The translations under genes were made by a program, and so were the position numbers. Below are positions 57,676-64,000 of a DNA stretch of 64,000 bases, piece by piece; position 1 is the stretch's first letter, and each line of letters opens with the position of its first letter. The DNA comes from Candidatus Uhrbacteria bacterium (lineage in GTDB: Bacteria; Patescibacteriota; Patescibacteriia; UBA9934): assembly GCA_018673485.1 (NCBI GenBank), contig JABHCP010000007.1:9890-73889 (forward strand). Direction: 5' to 3'. A model generated the notes under the pieces. That model saw only the letters and a program-made list of their open reading frames with translations. It was not told the origin of the DNA and searched no databases.

Positions 57676-59985
57676 TTAATCCTTTTTTGGATGTGCTGGT
57701 GGGGTTGGGCGTGGGGGTCGGGGGCTGTCGTGTTCGCGACGTGGTGATCGTGGCCCGCTTGGGCGTCCACCTCCGTGTCGTGGCCCTCTGTCGCCTCCTG
57801 GGCGTCCACCTCCGGCTCCAGGCTTTTGAGCCTTCGCCTTCATTTCCTCAGTGTAGACGTTGCCCTCAGCCTGCTTCATAGAAAGACTTGTCTTTCCTGA
57901 TGGGTCTACCTCAATAACCTTGATTTTCACTTTGTCACCAAGCTTTACGATGTCTCCTACTTTATCAACTCGCCATGGTGCAAGTTCTGAAACGTGCACA
58001 AGTCCGTCGCGACCTGGTAGGTAGCTAACGATGGCACCAAAGTCCATTAGGCGATCAACTGTTCCTTCAAATTCTTCGCCAGCCTGCACTTCTCGTACGA
58101 TGTCTTCGACAATCTTTTGAGCTTTATCTGCTGACTCACCGTCTGGCGCTGTGATAAATAGTAGTCCGTCATCTTCAATGTCGATAGCACTTACTCCAGT
58201 GTCAGCAATGATTCCATTGATAACTTTTCCACCTGAACCAATAACTTCTCGAATTTTATCAGGATCAATTTGCATCTTAGTAATTCTTGGAGCGTACTTT
58301 GAAAGTTCTGCTCTAGGCTCTGCTATTGCGCTTTCGATTGCGTCGAGCACTTCCATTCTAGCCGTGTATGACTGCGTTAGTGCCTGTTTGATGATGTCGA
58401 TTGTAAGACCATTGGTCTTTGTATCCATCTGGATTGCCGTAATTCCATCACGAGATCCTGTAATTTTGAAGTCCATCCCACCTAGACCGTCTTCGATGTC
58501 TTGCAGGTCGGTAAGAACTTTCCAGTCTGTTCCGTTTGATGCAAGCCCCATCGCGATTCCAGCAACTGGTGCCTTAATTGGTACCCCAGCGTCCATAAGA
58601 GCGAGCGTTGAACCACAGGTGCTGGCCATTGAGCTTGATCCATTGGAATCCAGTGTCTCTGACACAACTCGAATTGTGTAAGGGAAGTCTTCCTTTAAAG
58701 GAATCATCGGGTCGAGTGCTTTCTCTGCAAGCGCACCGTGACCAATATCTCGTCGACTAGCGCCTCGCAATGGCTTTGCTTCACCAACAGAGTATGGAGG
58801 GAAGTTGTAGTGGTGCATGTATCGCTTTTGTCCACTGATTTCCATTCCGTCGAGTGTCTGCTCGTCACCTGGAGAACCAAGCGTACAAATTGAAAGTGAC
58901 TGTGTTGTTCCACGCATGAAGTGTCCTGTTCCGTGCACGCGTGGTAGAAGTGCGACCTCAGATACAAGATTTCGAATTTCTGTAAGCTTACGTCCATCGA
59001 TTCGTTTGTCTTGCTCCAAAATCATTCGTGATGCTTCGTCTTGTGTGAAGTTATAGATCAAGTCTTTTGCGAATTTGATCTCATCAGCCTCGTGACCTTC
59101 TGATTCGAGGTATTTCTCTAGTTGTTTTGCAAGTTCACTTTTCGCTTCATTGATTTGAGTCTTGTTGGTCAGTGACTCAGATAGGATCATCTTTTCAAAG
59201 ATCGGTCGCATGAAGTCTTTTGACTTTTGTGCTAGTGGCGCACGTTTTTCCAAAGTCTCAAGTTCCTTTTCAGTGTTCAGTGCTTCGAATGTAAGTTTTT
59301 CTTTTCCGACGGTAGATCGAACCTTTTCAATAAGGTCGATAATCGGTTGAATGCTTTGCATTCCAAACTCAAATGCTTTACTTATATCTTCTTCAACTGC
59401 TTCGTTGGCTCGAGCCTCAATCATGATTACCTTTTCCGATGTTCCTGCAACGTCCAGATCGAAATCAGTTTCCTCACGCTCAGCGTATGTTGGGTTTAGA
59501 ATAAACCCTTCATCTTTTTGAGATACTCGAAGCGCACCGATCGGTCCATTCCAAGGGATGTCACTTATGTGAAGCGCACACGATGCACCAATAAGTCCCA
59601 AGATGTCTGGGTCATTCTCTCCGTCAAACGATAGAACTGTAACGATTACTTGAATATCGTTTCGAATTCGATCATCAAAGAGTGGTCGAAGAGATCGGTC
59701 AATAAATCGACCAATAAGCACAGCGTCGTCTGTTGGACGACCTTCACGCTTGATGAATCGAGATCCTTTGATTCGACCAGCAGCGTAGAGCTTTTCTTCA
59801 TAGTCGACCATTAGTGGAAAGAACGGAAGTCCTTCACGTTTGGTCTTAGACATTACAGCGGTAGCAAGAACAACTGTCTCACCAAGCTGAATAAGGCAGC
59901 TAGCGTTTGCTGACTGCGCGAACTTTCCCGTTTTAATTGTCAGCTCTTTGCCGCCAATGTCACAGGAGAACACTTTCTGTTCCAT
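57676..59985 (-). CDS. pnp: polyribonucleotide nucleotidyltransferase (PNPase)
   Basis: FFPLMVDYEE, RRDIGHG, SNGSSSMAS, MDFK, KH and S1 domains; start at MEQKV. Confidence 0.97.
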   Translation of the reverse strand: MEQKVFSCDIGGKELTIKTGKFAQSANASCLIQLGETVVLATAVMSKTKREGLPFFPLMVDYEEKLYAAGRIKGSRFIKREGRPTDDAVLIGRFIDRSLRPLFDDRIRNDIQVIVTVLSFDGENDPDILGLIGASCALHISDIPWNGPIGALRVSQKDEGFILNPTYAEREETDFDLDVAGTSEKVIMIEARANEAVEEDISKAFEFGMQSIQPIIDLIEKVRSTVGKEKLTFEALNTEKELETLEKRAPLAQKSKDFMRPIFEKMILSESLTNKTQINEAKSELAKQLEKYLESEGHEADEIKFAKDLIYNFTQDEASRMILEQDKRIDGRKLTEIRNLVSEVALLPRVHGTGHFMRGTTQSLSICTLGSPGDEQTLDGMEISGQKRYMHHYNFPPYSVGEAKPLRGASRRDIGHGALAEKALDPMIPLKEDFPYTIRVVSETLDSNGSSSMASTCGSTLALMDAGVPIKAPVAGIAMGLASNGTDWKVLTDLQDIEDGLGGMDFKITGSRDGITAIQMDTKTNGLTIDIIKQALTQSYTARMEVLDAIESAIAEPRAELSKYAPRITKMQIDPDKIREVIGSGGKVINGIIADTGVSAIDIEDDGLLFITAPDGESADKAQKIVEDIVREVQAGEEFEGTVDRLMDFGAIVSYLPGRDGLVHVSELAPWRVDKVGDIVKLGDKVKIKVIEVDPSGKTSLSMKQAEGNVYTEEMKAKAQKPGAGGGRPGGDRGPRHGGGRPSGPRSPRREHDSPRPPRPTPPAHPKKD

Positions 59986-60357
59986 ATGTATTGTTGGGGA
60001 TTTCCCAGTCGGCGCATCGCGGTGTCGAAATTTCCGCTCTTTGCTCGCCGTACATAACAGTACGTCTCGCAGAGTGCTCAATTTCTCCTAGCGCTGCATC
60101 CAGCTGGAAAAATCCCTGAGTTATCGCTCGGTTTGAAGCTGAAGGTTTCAAAGAAATGAATCTTTGACGACCTTGTGGTCTCAAACCGAAGCGTTAAGTA
60201 AGTTATCGAACGAGTAGAGAAGATCGAGTGCTCGGTCTGCTCTACCCGTTTGAAAACGGGTCTTAGTGACCTCCCCCTGCCCCTCCTTCGTAAGGAGGGG
60301 AGATTCGATCGAGATCCTCCCCCTTACGAAGGGGGAGATAGAGGGGGTCTTCGAAGC

Positions 60358-60912
60358 TCACTTTTTCTTTACCGGAGCTTTTCGTTTCTTTACAGGTGGC
60401 TTTCGTTTTGAAATCTCTGGCATTAGAAACTTTTCTGGTTCAGCTGATAGGTTTGTGTAAAAATCTGTAACTTCTAAAAGTTCTGAAGAAGTTGATTCGC
60501 GGAATGACGCTACGTGAAACAGGCGCCCTTTGCCACGTACGTAATCTGCAAGTGGAGCGAAGTCACCGTCACCGGACACCATTACTACAACGTCGAGCAT
60601 ATCAAGCATGCGTACAACATCGATCGCCATACCAACATCCCAGTTTGCTTTTTTGTGACCTGAATCGTATTCGACCAAGTCTTTTGCTATTACTTCGATA
60701 TTATTTTTCTCCAGCGCCTCCAAGAATGGACTTTCGTCCCCTGCCTCGGTTGTTACCGCATAGGCAAGTGCACGAACTAGCTGTCCGTTGCCAGTAGTTT
60801 CTTCGACGATCTTGGGATAGTTCACTTTACGATTAAATACATTGCGCGCGCTGTAGTACATGTTTTGCACATCGATGAAAACGCCAACTCGGCGATTTGG
60901 GGTCTCTAACAT
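60358..60912 (-). CDS. NYN domain (LabA/DUF88) protein
   Basis: FIDVQN, KANWDVGMAID and SGDGDF motifs. Confidence 0.92.
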   Translation of the reverse strand: MLETPNRRVGVFIDVQNMYYSARNVFNRKVNYPKIVEETTGNGQLVRALAYAVTTEAGDESPFLEALEKNNIEVIAKDLVEYDSGHKKANWDVGMAIDVVRMLDMLDVVVMVSGDGDFAPLADYVRGKGRLFHVASFRESTSSELLEVTDFYTNLSAEPEKFLMPEISKRKPPVKKRKAPVKKK

Positions 60913-60996
60913 AAAAAGGGGGTAAAGGATTTAAAAATGGGTCGTTATTAAAAAGACTCAAGCCCGGCCGAATTATCGAGCCGGGCTTAATATAAA

Positions 60997-61272
60997 TTAA
61001 TCATTCAAAGGTCGGATCTTGAGGTCTGTGATCAACGTTTCGTATGCTGCCTTGTCTTCACGTCGTAGGTATCGCATAAGACGTCGTCGCTCTGTAACTT
61101 TTTTTACAAGTCCACGTCGAGAGCTGAAATCCTTTTTGTGAGTACGCAAGTGCTTTGTCAGCTCTTTTACTTCCTCAGTTAGGATCGCGATCTGTACTTG
61201 TGGGGAACCTGTATCTTTATTATGAGTTTTGAACTTCTCAATGATCTTTTGCTTTTTCTTCTTGTCGAGCAT
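60997..61272 (-). CDS. rpsO: 30S ribosomal protein S15
   Basis: DTGSPQVQIAILT and HKKDFSSRRGL motifs. Confidence 0.97.
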   Translation of the reverse strand: MLDKKKKQKIIEKFKTHNKDTGSPQVQIAILTEEVKELTKHLRTHKKDFSSRRGLVKKVTERRRLMRYLRREDKAAYETLITDLKIRPLND

Positions 61273-61724
61273 ATTTTTGCTTTATGCCAATGATCGGAGT
61301 AAAGCGTCGCTCGCGTGTCGCTAAACCTCGGTCAAAGGTCTGATTTATGTGCTTATACTAGCTGGATTGTTGATTTGTGTCAAGAAAAGACGGATGCCGG
61401 GGTGGATGGCGTATCCACCCCGGCATAAGCAGCGCTCAAGTCACGATTGGGTCTACTGCGAGCACCAACCCGCATCCCAAACAGAGCCTTGAATTGCTTT
61501 TGGGCCTCTCTTTTGTGGGGGGGCGCAAGTTATGGATGAGTACCGGCTGGTTCTCACTTGCTCTAAGAGTGGTCCCAGCGGCAACGCCAGGTGCTTCTGC
61601 TTTCACTTTTGGCTGGCGCAAGCAGTTGCAGGTACATACTGACACGCCTCGACAATTAGGTCAAAAGGTAGCAATCAAGCTTTTGAAGTGCATTATTAAT
61701 TCTTGTGTCGTATAATGTAGACAT

Positions 61725-62645
61725 ATGGAAAAGAAAAGTGTACTACAGAAATATATTAGGCAGTTCTTGGAGTATCTTGAAATTGAACGCGGTCGGTCGG
61801 AGCGAACCGTACGCAACTATGATTTTTATTTACAACGATTTGCTAACTGGGCTAAGCACCCACAGCCAAATAAGATAACTCAAGAGATGGTTCGAAAGTA
61901 CCGGCTGTACCTAAATCGATCAGTCGAGGGCCGCGATGACGTCACTCTTAAAAAGTCCACTCAGAATTACCACCTAATAGCCCTTCGATCATTTTTGAAG
62001 TATTTATCAAAGCGCGATATCAAGACAATGTCAGCAGACAAGATCGAGCTGGCGAAAACCGGAGACAGAAAGATTGAGTTTTTAGAAGAGGATGAATTGC
62101 GTCGAATGTTGAATGCCACAAAGGATACAGGTGGCCTCATTGGACGACGTGATCGAGCGATTCTGGAAATGCTTTTCTCAACTGGCCTACGCGTTTCTGA
62201 GCTTGCACAACTGCTCATCAAAGAAGTGAATATCAAACGTGGTGAGTTTAGCGTTAATGGAAAAGGTAGCAAGCACCGAGTTGTGTTCTTATCAGACGAT
62301 TCCCGTGATTCAATTAAAGAGTACCTCGATGTTCGCAAAGACATGTCTCCTTACTTGTTCGTGAGTCATGATCGTGCCAAGCACAGAAGAGATTCTTTAC
62401 CGATCTCTCCACGTACCATCCAAAGAATAGTCGAGCGCTACGCAACGGCCGCGGGAATTACAAAAAAGATCACACCACACACTCTAAGACACACATTCGC
62501 GACTGATCTACTCAGAAACGGTGCAGACATCCGATCAGTCCAGGCAATGCTCGGCCACGAGTCAATAACAACAACTCAGATTTACACCCACGTGACTGAC
62601 AAGCAACTTAAAAAGATTCACAAAAAGTTCCATGGGGCGAAATAA
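61725..62645 (+). CDS. XerC/XerD-family tyrosine recombinase
   Basis: TGLRVSEL, GKGSKHR, TPHTLRHTFAT and LGHESITTTQIY motifs. Confidence 0.93.
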   Translation: MEKKSVLQKYIRQFLEYLEIERGRSERTVRNYDFYLQRFANWAKHPQPNKITQEMVRKYRLYLNRSVEGRDDVTLKKSTQNYHLIALRSFLKYLSKRDIKTMSADKIELAKTGDRKIEFLEEDELRRMLNATKDTGGLIGRRDRAILEMLFSTGLRVSELAQLLIKEVNIKRGEFSVNGKGSKHRVVFLSDDSRDSIKEYLDVRKDMSPYLFVSHDRAKHRRDSLPISPRTIQRIVERYATAAGITKKITPHTLRHTFATDLLRNGADIRSVQAMLGHESITTTQIYTHVTDKQLKKIHKKFHGAK

Positions 62646-62653
62646 TTCACTTC

Positions 62654-62774
62654 TGTCATCCCGGCCGTAGAGCCGGGATCCATCGAGATGCAGAATTCGA
62701 TCGAACTGAATCGAGCTTGATGTAACGATGGGTTCCTGCTTTCGACCCGTCTGACGGGTTTCGCAGGAATGACA
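62654..62774. repeat. REP/MITE-like element
   Basis: tgtcat...atgaca ends; homologous to 9854-9981. Confidence 0.85.
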
Positions 62775-62840
62775 AGTGCTCAAAAAGCGAGCAACCCCGG
62801 GTCGTGAGACTCGGGGTTCGAGGTATGCGGGGTAGAGCAA

Positions 62841-63068
62841 CTACTTTGCGCTGCCAAGTTGCTTGGCTGCGATGTGGCTTCCATGCGAGGCCTTATGCTC
62901 TAGTTCGCTTTGTGAGCTTGGATCGCCTTGAGTGCCAATGATCGCGAAGCCTACCATGATGGCCAAGATGGCGATCAAGATGAGAAAGTCGGGCCCCGCC
63001 TGACCGTCTTCTTCTCTTTCACCAATAGCACGGTTGAGTTTGGTGTTAGTAGTCCCGAGCATATTCAC
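62841..63068 (-). CDS. small Flp/pilin-like membrane protein
   Basis: EEDGQA followed by a hydrophobic helix; overlaps the stop of the upstream gene. Confidence 0.5.
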   Translation of the reverse strand: MNMLGTTNTKLNRAIGEREEDGQAGPDFLILIAILAIMVGFAIIGTQGDPSSQSELEHKASHGSHIAAKQLGSAK

Positions 63069-63571
63069 TTCCTCCAGATGAGTAGCTCACCGTTGTGTGC
63101 TGTCAGGAGCTGGGCAGGGCCGATGCAGTTGGGCTGCTCAGCGCAGACTTCAACTACGTGGCCAAAGTTGGCGTCGACCCAGAAGTTGAGTATCTGAGTA
63201 GCGAATTCGACTTCTTCACAGGTCATGATTGGCGTATTGCGCTTTTCCTTGAGGTCTGGAATTCCGCGGCATCCCATCTTGGCCCCGGTATCGATGCTTT
63301 CATCGAGCGGGTCATCGAGATATCCGCAGAGCAGCATCATGTCGAGTGCTCTTGCGTGGCCGTTGCTGAACTCCATGTAGGCTAGGTGGACGTCACACTC
63401 CTCGACAGGTTCGACCTGGTCGCTCTGTTTTGAAGCTGATGTCTTCGTACTCCATTTTTCGATAAAGCCTGGCACTACGAGTGCGGCGAGGATACCGAGA
63501 AGTGCGGCGATGATTGCAACGTTGAGCAGTGTTTGATTGACCGGTGTCTCGCTGGGGTTTGTGGGTTGCAT
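63065..63571 (-). CDS. hypothetical protein with type IV pilin-like N-terminal helix, Cys-rich
   Basis: TLLNVAIIAALLGILAALVVPGF; TTGACA promoter near 63648 and AGGA SD. Confidence 0.6.
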   Translation of the reverse strand: MQPTNPSETPVNQTLLNVAIIAALLGILAALVVPGFIEKWSTKTSASKQSDQVEPVEECDVHLAYMEFSNGHARALDMMLLCGYLDDPLDESIDTGAKMGCRGIPDLKEKRNTPIMTCEEVEFATQILNFWVDANFGHVVEVCAEQPNCIGPAQLLTAHNGELLIWRK

Positions 63572-63771
63572 GATCTTGCATCCTTTTGAGGTTGTGGGGA
63601 CTGAAAGAGCAAGGAAGTAAGATTAGCGGGATTTGGTGAGACTGTCAATTGCTAGTAGATCTCTCCTAGGCGTCGAGATGGGAAGATGGAAGACCTGAGA
63701 AGGGGGAGGATTTAGTTGCTCAAATGAAGAATCAGGACTACTATGAATTTATAATCATAACCCTTATTCAT

Positions 63772-64000
63772 ATGGTGTATGGTCCAGTTTTGATAATTGT
63801 TCTTGTTCTGCTTGTTGCTACTGTGCGGCAGGTGAATCAGGGGCATATTGGCGTGAAATATCGCCTTGGTAAGTATGTTGGAATGCGTGAGCCGGGTTGG
63901 CGAATTGTTGTTCCGATATTTGAGTCTATGCGTAAGGTTGATATCCGTGTTAAGGCGGTTGATGTGCCTGATCAGGAGGCGATTACAAAAGATAATATCA
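63772..64000 (+). CDS. SPFH/band 7 (stomatin-like) protein, truncated by the window end
   Basis: TM then VRQVNQ..GV.YRLGKY...PG..VVP..VDIR..DVP.QE.ITKDN, translated by hand. Confidence 0.9.
   Translation, partial: MVYGPVLIIVLVLLVATVRQVNQGHIGVKYRLGKYVGMREPGWRIVVPIFESMRKVDIRVKAVDVPDQEAITKDNI

Noticed and set aside
61725-62645. Integron integrase or prophage integrase
   Set aside because: Length and motifs fit a housekeeping XerC/D; no IntI-specific insertion, attC array or phage genes nearby

Overview
Chromosomal window from a small-genome bacterium, most likely Patescibacteria/CPR. This is inferred from the tandem VirB2-like pilin array, TrmB- and PaaX-like regulators, membrane PPase, mostly SD-less core genes and dense intergenic palindromic repeats. 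TGA is used as stop. The window contains the probable replication origin (dnaN-dnaA-rpmH-rnpA-yidD) and core genes including ruvB, tig, pnp, rpsO, xerC/D-like, galU, iscS/iscU, hppA, comM, lspA, a PBP1A and tRNA-Cys. Between the core genes sit GC-richer orphan genes, most with their own sigma70 promoter, SD and terminator. Main observations: (1) a ~1.9-kb promoter-to-terminator unit (about 7100 to 5163, minus strand) with no long ORF and packed with hairpins, a candidate giant structured ncRNA with a duplicated 47-nt hairpin and two small SD-led ORFs, plus a divergent ~270-nt structured RNA; (2) a ~345-nt orphan structured RNA just downstream of a DnaA-box cluster; (3) two homologous 113-bp elements whose CGATCG-centred palindromic ends match those flanking a PaaX/Cas2-like gene; (4) two tandem single-gene cassettes with shared boundary sequences; (5) palindromic repeats inserted in-frame in the O-antigen ligase gene and into a tRNA-Cys-like relic. 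All calls were made by eye; no searches or folding programs were run.
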